Of a stretch of 64,000 nt of DNA, positions 48,529-57,113 are shown in pieces. The notes under the pieces were generated by a model. The model was not told where the DNA came from. It ran no database searches and worked only from the letters and a program-made list of their open reading frames with translations. Where the stretch lies: contig OZ242374.1 in NCBI GenBank assembly GCA_965209055.1, positions 1,824,001 to 1,888,000 of the forward strand, read 5' to 3'. Both the position numbers and the translations under genes were made by a program. Numbering within the stretch: the first letter of the stretch is position 1; each line of letters starts with the position of its first letter. Source of the stretch: Acidobacteriota bacterium. Lineage in GTDB: Bacteria > Acidobacteriota > UBA6911 > RPQK01 > JAJDTT01.

Positions 48529-49587
48529 ATGAGAAGAATCCAGATCGGCGACTATGTCGAGGACGTCATCGAACGCAGCGACTACCCCATGGACAAGGTC
48601 CGGGAGATTCTGGGTCGCGAGCGCATCGGCGTCATTGGCTACGGCCCTCAGGGCCACGGGCAGTCCCTGAACTGCCGGGACAACGGGATCGACGTGGTCG
48701 TCGGGCAGCGCCGCGGCGGCAACGGCTGGAAGAAGGCGGTCGAGGACGGCTGGACCCCGGGTGTCAACCTGATCGAGGACATCACGCAGGTGGTGGAGCA
48801 GTCCACGCTGGTCATGTACCTGTTGAGCGACGCCGGGCAGGGCGCGCAGTGGCCCAACATCAAGCCCCACTTCAAACCGGGCGACGCCCTCTGCTTTTCC
48901 CACGGGTTCGCCCTCACCTACAACGACCAGACCGGCGTGGTTCCGCCGCCCGACATCGACGTGATCCTGGTGGCGCCCAAGGGATCCGGGACGACGGTGA
49001 GGCGGCTCTTCCTCGAGGGCCGGGGGATCAATTCCAGCTACGCGGTGGACCAGGACTACACGGGCCGCGCCCGGGAGCGCTGCCTGGCGCTGGGAATCGC
49101 CATCGGGTCCGGGTTCCTCTTCGAGACCGACTTCAAAAAGGAGGTCTACAGCGACCTGACGGGAGAACGGGGGGTCCTGATGGGAGCCATCTACGGACTC
49201 TGGCTGGCCCAGTACGAGGTGCTTCGGGCACGGGGCCACAGTCCTCAGGAGGCTTTCAACGAGACCGTTGAAGAGGCAACCCAGAGCCTCTACCCTCTCA
49301 TCGCCGAGAACGGGATGGATTGGATGTACGCCAACTGCTCCACCACGGCCCAACGCGGCGCCCTGGACTGGTTCAAGCGCTTCCGGGACGCCAACGTCCC
49401 CATCTTCGAGGAGCTCTACGACAAGGTGGCGCGCGGCGAAGAGACGCGCCGGGTCCTGGCTGCGAACCGGGCCGCCGACTACCGGGAGGCCCTCACCCGG
49501 GAGTTGAAGGAGGTCGAGCAATCGGAGATGTGGCGGATCGGCAAGGTGGTCCGGGAGCTTCGGCCCGAACGCCAGTCCGGGGAATGA
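48529..49587 (+). CDS. ilvC: Ketol-acid reductoisomerase
   Basis: IGYGPQG, LSDAGQ, FSHGF, VAPKGSG, SDLTGERG, NCSTTAQRGA. Confidence 0.95.
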   Translation: MRRIQIGDYVEDVIERSDYPMDKVREILGRERIGVIGYGPQGHGQSLNCRDNGIDVVVGQRRGGNGWKKAVEDGWTPGVNLIEDITQVVEQSTLVMYLLSDAGQGAQWPNIKPHFKPGDALCFSHGFALTYNDQTGVVPPPDIDVILVAPKGSGTTVRRLFLEGRGINSSYAVDQDYTGRARERCLALGIAIGSGFLFETDFKKEVYSDLTGERGVLMGAIYGLWLAQYEVLRARGHSPQEAFNETVEEATQSLYPLIAENGMDWMYANCSTTAQRGALDWFKRFRDANVPIFEELYDKVARGEETRRVLAANRAADYREALTRELKEVEQSEMWRIGKVVRELRPERQSGE

Positions 49588-49629
49588 CGAATGGAACGCC
49601 GGGACGGCCCTTGATTCCGGACAGTTGAG

Positions 49630-51267
49630 ATGGCCAACAGGACCGGCGGCGAGGCACTGGTGGAGCGTTTGTCGCTCCACGGGGTCGACCTCCTTTTCGG
49701 CATCATCTCCATCCACAACCTGGATATCTTCGACGCCCTCCACCGCTACCGGGACCGGGTGCGCCACATCGGCGGACGGTCGGAACTGGGTTGCGGATTC
49801 ATGGCCGACGGATACGCTCGTTCCAGCGGCCGTCCCGGCGTCCTGGTCACCAGCACCGGGCCCGGCGCGGCCAACTCCATGCACGCGGTGGGTGAGGCCT
49901 ACCATTCCAGCTCTCCCCTGCTGCATCTGACCACCACCGTGGCGAGAGGCGAGCGGGAGCAGGGTCTGGGCCTGATCCACGAGCCCAAGAAACAGTTTCG
50001 GATGCTGCGCTCCGTGACCGGCCACGCCCGCCGGGTGGAGGATGCGGACTCGCTGGCGGTGGCTGTGGACGAGGCATTCGCGGCTCTCTCCTCCGGCCGC
50101 CGACGCCCTGCGGTCCTCCAGTTTCCCAACGATCTTTTGGGGTCTCCCTGTCCGGCCGGTGGCGATCTCCCGGCGCTTCCCGAACCGCCGGGAGCCGGCG
50201 AGGAGGAACTGGACCAGATCGTGTCCGCCCTGGGGCAGGCCAAACGGCCGCTGATCTGGGCCGGCGAGGAACTGGCCTACACGGGAGCCCATGAGGCCGT
50301 GATCCGGCTGGCCGAGACTCTGGGGATTCCCGTCGTCACGGGAGACGGCGGCAAGGACGCTTTCCCCGAAGACCATGCCCTCTCATTGGGCACCAGCCTG
50401 GGCCAGCGAATTTGGGCCGACAATCCGGTCCACGAGTTCATCCCGCAATGTGACCTGGTGCTGGCATTGGGGTGCGGATTCATCCATCGCAGCACGGTGC
50501 AACTCGGGATCCGGCTTCCGGAGCAACTCGTACAGGTGGTCGCCGACCCGGATTATCTGGGACGTAACTATCCGGTCAGTCTGGGTGTCGTGGCCGACGG
50601 AGGTGCGGTGGCGCGTCAGATCCTGGAGCGGGTTCAGGGCCGGGACTTCGTGACAAGCACCGGATACCGAGACGAGATCCGGAATCTCAAGCGGCAGATC
50701 CGCGCCGAGCTCCAACGTGAATGGCCGTCCCAGACACGAGCCATGGAGGCCATCCGGAGCGTGCTGCCCCGGGAGACCATCACCACTTGGGATACCACCG
50801 TTCCCGCCAGCCGCGCCAGCCGCGCCTTCCAGGCCTATGGGCCCCGCACCTTCCTGAACCCGTATGGCTGGGTCGGCCTCGGTTTCTCCTTGCCAGCCGC
50901 TCTGGGAGCCAAGGCAGCCAATCCCGACACCCCCGTGGTCAGCTTCTCGGGAGACGGCGGGTTCCAATACTGCATGTCCGAGTTGGCCACCTCGGTTCAA
51001 TATGGCTTGAACGTGACGGCGGTCCTCTTCAACGACGACGCGTGGGGTGTCCTGAAGTGGATGCAGAAGAACAGCTACGGCGGCAGGTACCTGGGAACCG
51101 ATCTGGTCAACCCCGATTTCGTGAAGATTGCCGAAGGGTACGGAGTCGCCGGGGCGCGGGTCGATTCCCTGGCCGAACTTCTGCCGGTCCTGGAGGAAGC
51201 CGTCGGGTCCGATGGGACGACCCTGATCGACGTGCGGATCCCCCGCGGTTTCAGCGAGTTCGCTTGA
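49630..51267 (+). CDS. Thiamine-diphosphate-dependent enzyme (acetolactate synthase-like)
   Basis: FMADGYAR, TGPGAAN, GDGGF...N motif. Confidence 0.9.
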   Translation: MANRTGGEALVERLSLHGVDLLFGIISIHNLDIFDALHRYRDRVRHIGGRSELGCGFMADGYARSSGRPGVLVTSTGPGAANSMHAVGEAYHSSSPLLHLTTTVARGEREQGLGLIHEPKKQFRMLRSVTGHARRVEDADSLAVAVDEAFAALSSGRRRPAVLQFPNDLLGSPCPAGGDLPALPEPPGAGEEELDQIVSALGQAKRPLIWAGEELAYTGAHEAVIRLAETLGIPVVTGDGGKDAFPEDHALSLGTSLGQRIWADNPVHEFIPQCDLVLALGCGFIHRSTVQLGIRLPEQLVQVVADPDYLGRNYPVSLGVVADGGAVARQILERVQGRDFVTSTGYRDEIRNLKRQIRAELQREWPSQTRAMEAIRSVLPRETITTWDTTVPASRASRAFQAYGPRTFLNPYGWVGLGFSLPAALGAKAANPDTPVVSFSGDGGFQYCMSELATSVQYGLNVTAVLFNDDAWGVLKWMQKNSYGGRYLGTDLVNPDFVKIAEGYGVAGARVDSLAELLPVLEEAVGSDGTTLIDVRIPRGFSEFA

Positions 51268-52507
51268 CCGGTTCGGACGTGGAAGGCCCGCTCCAGAGGG
51301 TTGAGCGGATCGCTCGAACCGGGACCCGGTCGACAATCGAGGCGCCCACGATTGAAGCCACCCGCTTCCGAAAAGGCACCGCGTCGCCGCGCCCGTTCGG
51401 GTGCAGGCGGCTGGTCAGAATCACCACCAGGGTCTCCGTGTAGGGGTCGATCCAGAGGGAGGTCCCGGTGAACCCGCTGTGGCCGAAGGACCCCACCGGG
51501 AAGAGGTCTCCGCGAGGGGCGTGGTACCGGCTGTGGATGTCGAATCCAAGGCCCCGGAGCACCGGCTTCCCGGTTGGGGACTGGGGCGTGGTCATCTGCA
51601 GGACCCCCAGCGGCGAGAGAATCCGCCTGCCGTCGTAGACGCCCCCGTTGAGGATCATCTGTCCGAACCGGGCCACGTCGTCGGCGGTGGAAAAGGCCCC
51701 GGCGTGTCCGGCGCATCCTCCCATTCGCGCCGCGGTGGGGTCATGAACCCTCCCCTGAAGCATCCTTCCTTCATGCCGTTCCGTGGGAGCGATCCTGGAC
51801 TTCATCCGCTCCCTTGGATTGAAGAAGGTGTCCGTCATGCCCAGGGGCTCGAAGACCCGTTTCCGCGAGAAGGCGTCCAGATGGTCGCCCGAGAGGACTC
51901 TCACCAGCTCGCCGAGAACCACGTAGTTGATGTCGCTATACCTGAAACGGGTTCCGGGCCGGGTCGCCAATTGCTCCCGGCAGGCCCGGGCGACGGCCGC
52001 CTCGTAGCCTCTCCACTTGGCCTTCAGGGACAGACTGGGGCGCAGTCCCGAATAGTGGGTCAGGAGCTGCCGCACGGTGATCCGGTGCTTGCCGTACTGG
52101 GAGAACCGGTTGAGATGCTTGGAGACCGCGTCGGAAAGAGCGAGGCGCCCCTCCTCCACCAGGATCATGACGGCCACGGCCGTGGGCATGATCTTGGTCA
52201 GGGAGGCCAGGTCGAAGATGGTGTCCACTTCCATGGGCGAGCGGCTGGGGGAGACGGTCCGGTCGCCGAAGGCCTTGCGGTAGACGATGCCCCCTTTACG
52301 GGCCACGATAATGACGGCGCCCGGAAACTGCTTCTTTTCGATGTGCTCCAGCGTGATCGCGTCCAGCTTTTCCAGTCTCTGCGGGGAGATGCCCACTTCC
52401 CGGGGATCGACCGGTCTCAACAGGAGCTCGCCGTAAACGGGGTTCGGCGCCGCACCGGCCAGTGCAAGAAACATGAAAACGGCAATGAGGCGGGAGTATC
52501 GGGGCAT
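51251..52507 (-). CDS. Exported serine hydrolase (beta-lactamase/PBP class C fold)
   Basis: Signal peptide, ASLTK, LLTHYSG, YSD, GHSGFTG. Confidence 0.88.
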   Translation of the reverse strand: MPRYSRLIAVFMFLALAGAAPNPVYGELLLRPVDPREVGISPQRLEKLDAITLEHIEKKQFPGAVIIVARKGGIVYRKAFGDRTVSPSRSPMEVDTIFDLASLTKIMPTAVAVMILVEEGRLALSDAVSKHLNRFSQYGKHRITVRQLLTHYSGLRPSLSLKAKWRGYEAAVARACREQLATRPGTRFRYSDINYVVLGELVRVLSGDHLDAFSRKRVFEPLGMTDTFFNPRERMKSRIAPTERHEGRMLQGRVHDPTAARMGGCAGHAGAFSTADDVARFGQMILNGGVYDGRRILSPLGVLQMTTPQSPTGKPVLRGLGFDIHSRYHAPRGDLFPVGSFGHSGFTGTSLWIDPYTETLVVILTSRLHPNGRGDAVPFRKRVASIVGASIVDRVPVRAIRSTLWSGPSTSEPVKRTR

Positions 52508-52552
52508 CAATCGGTGCAATACTCTACCAGCCGGTGGTGATAGTTCCGGAGC

Positions 52553-52659
52553 GGAGCGGCGGTTTTCATACCGCCGATGGGGAGTGGCGACTTTCCTGTC
52601 GCCGGTTGGAGCGGCGGTTTTCCGACCGCCGATGGGGAACGGCGACATTCCTGTCGCCG
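52553..52659 (+). repeat. Tandem array of four alternating REP hairpins (BIME-like)
   Basis: 24-nt units at 52553, 52581, 52608, 52636, alternating cggcggttttc..accgccg and ggcgac.ttcctgtcgcc types. Confidence 0.8.
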
Positions 52660-52703
52660 GGTTGGGCGGAGCGCGGCATTTGATAAAGGTGGTGGTCTCT
52701 CCC

Positions 52704-53345
52704 ATGGTTGCCGACCCGAAGATGAGCCGACCGACCGATCCGGAACTGCCCGAGGGACCCCTGGACGGCGAGGGATTCATCCTCGCCGGCGGGAAGAGCG
52801 GGCGGCTGGGGCGTGACAAGGCTTTTCTGCGCTATCGCGGATCACCCTTGATCGAGCTTGCCCGGCGGTGCCTGGTGTCGGCGGGCCTGTCCGTCACCGT
52901 CGTCGCCGACTCCCGTGAGCGGTTTCGGAGCCTGGGCCTGCCCGTGGTGGTCGACCGGGTTTCGGGAGCGGGTCCCCTGGGGGCGGTGTTCACCGCACTG
53001 ACTGCCTCCCGTTCGCAGGACAATTACTTCATTCCCTGCGACACCCCCCTGGTTGCCCCCCGGCTCTACCGGATTCTGGCCCGGGCCGGCCGCGATTTCG
53101 ACGTGGTGGTTCCCCGCGACGCGGCAGGCGGGCTCCATCCCCTTTGCGCCTACTACTCCCGCACTGCCGCGGACCCGATTCGAAGACTCCTGGAGACCGG
53201 AGCCCGCCGGGTCGACTCGGTGTTGGAAGCGGAGGACCTGCGGGTTCACGTCCTGCCGGCCGTCGAATGGAAACTGCCGGACGAGGGTTTTCTCAACGTT
53301 AACACCCCCGCTGACTGGGAACTCCTTCAACGGAAAATGGATTGA
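52704..53345 (+). CDS. mobA: Molybdenum cofactor guanylyltransferase
   Basis: ILAGGKSGRLGRDKA, GPLGA, PCDTP, HPLCAYY, NVNTP. Confidence 0.9.
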   Translation: MVADPKMSRPTDPELPEGPLDGEGFILAGGKSGRLGRDKAFLRYRGSPLIELARRCLVSAGLSVTVVADSRERFRSLGLPVVVDRVSGAGPLGAVFTALTASRSQDNYFIPCDTPLVAPRLYRILARAGRDFDVVVPRDAAGGLHPLCAYYSRTAADPIRRLLETGARRVDSVLEAEDLRVHVLPAVEWKLPDEGFLNVNTPADWELLQRKMD

Positions 53346-53366
53346 GTTCGTTGTAGTAGACAGGCC

Positions 53367-53615
53367 GTGGCGGATTTCGGCGTTGATTGTCAGTCGCGGC
53401 CGAACCATGGAGTTGACGAATTGAGGGAGAACCCTTCGGGCTTGTTCATCATTGCCTTCGTGATCACCGGGATTTTCCTGTTGGTCCTGGTGGCGCTGAT
53501 CTATTTCCTGTTCACCGGGCAGAACGAGGAGGCCAAGAGTGTTCTCAGCCCTTTCCTGGTAGTATTGATTTTCATCGTCTGGAGAATGACGTCCCGTCTG
53601 GGAGCGAAGAGATGA
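53367..53615 (+). CDS. Small two-TM membrane protein (start uncertain)
   Basis: Two strongly hydrophobic segments. Confidence 0.5.
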   Translation: MADFGVDCQSRPNHGVDELRENPSGLFIIAFVITGIFLLVLVALIYFLFTGQNEEAKSVLSPFLVVLIFIVWRMTSRLGAKR

Positions 53616-53770
53616 TCAATGACATCCTGATCGGAATTGCTTGGTTCGGAGCCCTGTTGGCCGCCGGCGTCGGCGGATATTGCACGGAAAAATACCTCCA
53701 ACTGACGAAGAAGCCGGGCTCGGTGGCCAGCTCCGGGAACGGGTCGACTCAAGAAAAGTCATAGTCCCCA

Positions 53771-53848
53771 GGAGGGGGGACATTCTTGTCCCGCAGTCTT
53801 TCGTGTCCCAACGTGAATGGGAATCCAGCGGCTGGAAACCGCCGCTCC
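53771..53848. repeat. Convergent pair of degenerate REP copies
   Basis: ggaggggggacattcttgtcccgc (+) and ggagcggcggtttccagccgctg (-). Confidence 0.6.
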
Positions 53849-53866
53849 GCCCGGAGGGATCCCTCC

Positions 53867-54484
53867 TCAGATCAGCTTCCGCTCCTCACAATAGGCTCCG
53901 ATCTCCGCCAAACTGAACAGCGCGTAGATGGGAATCCCCAGGTCGGCCAGCGCATCGACGCCCCCCTGCTCCCGGTCGACGCAGACCACGATGCGTCCCA
54001 CCGGGATCTCCAATTCCTCGAGGCGTGTCACCGCCCGCCGCAGGCTGCCCCCGGACGCCACGACGTCGTCGATCAGATTGGCTTCCCGGCTCGGGTCCGG
54101 CCTGCCCACGAATTCGGAGACGATCTCGCCGGGATAGACTCGCGCCTCCTTCCGCAACACCGAGAGGGTGATGAAGGGTTCCCGGCTTTTCCGGAAGCTG
54201 GCCAGGGATGCCGCCGCGGCGAGAGGGATGCCGGTGTCCGGGACTCCGATCACCTGTTGGGGCGTCTTCGGCGTCGACCACCTTTCCGCGATCTCGGCGA
54301 AACTGGACCCGAGGAGGGAAAACAGCGCCAGATCGGTGTAGACGGCGGTTCGAAGATCGATGAAGACGGGAGTCCGCAGGCCGTAGCGGCGCCGCACCTC
54401 GGCTCCCAGCAAGATGGCCCCGGCGTCGACCAACCCCTCCAGCAGATCCCGCTTGCCGGAAAAGGAGAGGATCGTCGCTTTCAA
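53867..54484 (-). CDS. pyrE: Orotate phosphoribosyltransferase-like PRTase
   Basis: TPVFIDLR, GVPDTGIPLA, RKE, LIDDVVASGGS, VDREQGG. Confidence 0.7.
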   Translation of the reverse strand: MKATILSFSGKRDLLEGLVDAGAILLGAEVRRRYGLRTPVFIDLRTAVYTDLALFSLLGSSFAEIAERWSTPKTPQQVIGVPDTGIPLAAAASLASFRKSREPFITLSVLRKEARVYPGEIVSEFVGRPDPSREANLIDDVVASGGSLRRAVTRLEELEIPVGRIVVCVDREQGGVDALADLGIPIYALFSLAEIGAYCEERKLI

Positions 54485-54536
54485 CTTTCACCTCGCGAAG
54501 AGTGATTTCCGCTCCGACGTCCTCCCCCGAAGTTCG

Positions 54537-55739
54537 TTACGGAGCCTCGTGGGCCGTCATCATGATCTCCACCAGGGCATCGGGAGACATGAGCACCGAG
54601 CCGAAGGTGGCCCGGGCCGGGGGCGCTCCGGGGAAGACCGTCTTGTAGACCTGGTTCATCTGGCCGTAGTAGCGGATGTCGGACAGATAGACGTTGGCCT
54701 CCACCACGTGGCCGAACTCCAGGCCCGCCCGGGTCAGGACCGCGCGGAGATTCTCCAGGGTCTGACGGGTCTGGGCTTCGATCCCCTCGGCCCAGCCGGT
54801 CTTTCCCCGGCCCACCATGCCGGCCAGGTAGAGCCGGCCGCCGGCTCGGATTCCCGGGGAGTAGGGACTGGCCGGAAGCGGTTCGCCCGCCGGGGCCACC
54901 ACCTCGCGGGAGCCTCCCCGCACGGCGACGCACTGGATCTCCACCTTCCAATCCTGGTGCATGAGCCTGGTCTGGCTGGTGGCCCGGGCCGGGGGATCCT
55001 TGGGGAAGAAGGAACGGTAGACGCGGTTCATTTCGGCAAAATCGCGGGAATCGGCCAGGAAGACCTTGGAGGAGACCACATCCCCGTAGTCCATGCCGGC
55101 TTCCCGCAGGATGGCCCCGACGTTCTCCAGCACCGTGCGTGTCTGGGCCGCGGTATCGCCGGACCTGGAGTGCCCGGTGACGGGATCGCTGCTGATGATT
55201 CCCGAGACGAACAGGGTGTCGCCGGCCAGCACTCCCCAACTGGACGGGGAGCCGGGACGCTTCCAGCCGCCCGGCGTGACGATGGTCTTCCCCCGTTCGG
55301 GCCGTGCGGCCACCAGGGCGATCTCCACCACCGCTTCGGGAAAGACGATGGCCCCTTCCACCGTGGCCCGCGCCGGCGGATTTTCGCGAAAATATTCCCG
55401 GTAGACTTCGTTGAACGGGCGGAAAAGACGGGTGTCCGAGAGGAAGACGTTGGCGCTCACCACGTCGGCGAACCCCATGCCCGCCGCCTTCAGGACGGTT
55501 CGCAGATTCTCCAGGGTCTGGCGGGTCTGAACCCGGATATCCCCTTTGACCTCCCGGGTCCCCGGCGTATTCCCCAGGGCGCCGGACAGATAGAGAAATC
55601 CGTCCGCCTCGACGGCCGGACTGAAGGGCAGCCCCATCCCCGTTCCCGGAGGAGCCACGACCTTGTGCCGGTCGGCCGGCAGGGCCAACGAAACCGTCAG
55701 GATGGAGACTGAACACGCGATGGAAAGACCTCGTCTCAT
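54537..55739 (-). CDS. Exported protein with three fused RidA domains
   Basis: Signal peptide; three repeats each with QTR.(T/V)LEN and PPARAT. Confidence 0.88.
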   Translation of the reverse strand: MRRGLSIACSVSILTVSLALPADRHKVVAPPGTGMGLPFSPAVEADGFLYLSGALGNTPGTREVKGDIRVQTRQTLENLRTVLKAAGMGFADVVSANVFLSDTRLFRPFNEVYREYFRENPPARATVEGAIVFPEAVVEIALVAARPERGKTIVTPGGWKRPGSPSSWGVLAGDTLFVSGIISSDPVTGHSRSGDTAAQTRTVLENVGAILREAGMDYGDVVSSKVFLADSRDFAEMNRVYRSFFPKDPPARATSQTRLMHQDWKVEIQCVAVRGGSREVVAPAGEPLPASPYSPGIRAGGRLYLAGMVGRGKTGWAEGIEAQTRQTLENLRAVLTRAGLEFGHVVEANVYLSDIRYYGQMNQVYKTVFPGAPPARATFGSVLMSPDALVEIMMTAHEAP

Positions 55740-55815
55740 GCCGCGTAATCCTATCGGCTGAGAATCTCCCGGAAAAGTCCCCAATTCCGGGAAGCACTCC
55801 TGTATTCTGCCCGTC

Positions 55816-57045
55816 ATGCTCCGGCGCTACCTCCGGACGGTCCCCTACCGCAGCCGTCCCGCCCTCTACTACGAGAGCCTCTACAGCATCGGCCGGGGGG
55901 CCTTCGTGGCCCTGCTGCCGCTGAGCTGGGTCGTGCTCAAGACCGTCCTGGACGGGGAACTCTGGCAGTTGACGGTCTTGGGATGCATCTGGGGTTTGTC
56001 GGGGCTGCTGGCTCCCGGATGGGCCTACCTGGGCCGCCTGGCCGGTCTCCAGCGCCTGGTGGTCTGGCCCAACATGGCCGGGGGTCTGGCTCTGGCCGGC
56101 GTCGCGCTGGTATCCGGCGCCAACGCTTTCGTCCTCCTGGTGAGTCTGGCCTATCTGCTTGCCGTACCGACTCGTCTCACGGAGATGAGCCTCTATCGGA
56201 TCTTCTATCCGGACTCCCACCGGTCCCTGGCCGTGGGGTGGCTCAAGGGCATCGCGTTCGTCACGGGCGCATTGGCCACTCTGGCCGGAACCTGGCTCAT
56301 CGATGCCGGAGACGCCCTCTACGGGATCGTCTACGTCGTGGTGGGCGTGCTCCTGATCGGCTCCGCCTGGTGTTACGGACGGATCCGGATCCCGGCCCGC
56401 GTGGAGTCTCTGTCCGACGGTTCCATCCGTTACGCCGCGGCGTTGAGGGAAGGACTCAAAGCCCTGCTCGCCGACCGGAGCTTCCTTCTGTACCAGGGGG
56501 CCTTCTTCTCCACCGGTTGGGGCAACTTCATGTCCATGGTGCTGGTGGCCGAGGTGATGAGGGAGTCCCTCGACGCTCCGGTATGGGCCATGGGCCTGGC
56601 CGTGGCGATCCTGCCGCAGGTGCTCCAGCCCATCTCCTCGCCCCTCTGGGGCCGGTTCCTGGACCGGGTGAATCCCATGCAGGGACGCGCCGTCTTCAGT
56701 TTCTTCATGGCCTCCGTCAACGCGCTCTACTGTTACGGAGGGCTCCAACTGCTGGTCTGGCCCTTCCTGGCGGGCAGCCTGATCCAGGGCCTGACCAACA
56801 GCGGCAACCAGATCGTCTGGACCACCGGTTCTCTCTACTTCGCCCGTCCCCGGCAGGTCGTGCTCTACAACACCGTCCACGTGGCCCTGACCGGCTTCCG
56901 GGGCCTTGCGGCGCCCCTGGTGGGAGCCTGGCTCTTCAGCCGGACCGGCCTCGGCTCCTGGGTCTTCGGCATCTCGTCGATCCTGGGCGTCCTGGGCCTG
57001 ATCTCCATGATCTGGCTCCACCTGAAAGAGAGAGACGCCAATTAG
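55816..57045 (+). CDS. MFS transporter
   Basis: About 12 hydrophobic segments; WGRFLDR loop motif. Confidence 0.85.
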   Translation: MLRRYLRTVPYRSRPALYYESLYSIGRGAFVALLPLSWVVLKTVLDGELWQLTVLGCIWGLSGLLAPGWAYLGRLAGLQRLVVWPNMAGGLALAGVALVSGANAFVLLVSLAYLLAVPTRLTEMSLYRIFYPDSHRSLAVGWLKGIAFVTGALATLAGTWLIDAGDALYGIVYVVVGVLLIGSAWCYGRIRIPARVESLSDGSIRYAAALREGLKALLADRSFLLYQGAFFSTGWGNFMSMVLVAEVMRESLDAPVWAMGLAVAILPQVLQPISSPLWGRFLDRVNPMQGRAVFSFFMASVNALYCYGGLQLLVWPFLAGSLIQGLTNSGNQIVWTTGSLYFARPRQVVLYNTVHVALTGFRGLAAPLVGAWLFSRTGLGSWVFGISSILGVLGLISMIWLHLKERDAN

Positions 57046-57046
57046 C

Positions 57047-57069
57047 GGAGCGGCGGTTTCCAACCGCCG
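57047..57069 (+). repeat. GGAG-type REP copy
   Basis: ggagcggcggtttccaaccgccg. Confidence 0.7.
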
Positions 57070-57113
57070 ACTCCCCCGCTGAATCCCACCACGACCTGAT
57101 AGTAAACTGACCC

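Noticed and set aside
48046-50376. 776-aa cupin fusion
   Set aside because: Only the last 116 aa are the cupin; the rest is antisense to ilvC and the ThDP enzyme gene
52553-52659. CRISPR-like tandem repeats
   Set aside because: Spacers are only 3-4 nt, units alternate and match dispersed REP copies, and no cas genes are present
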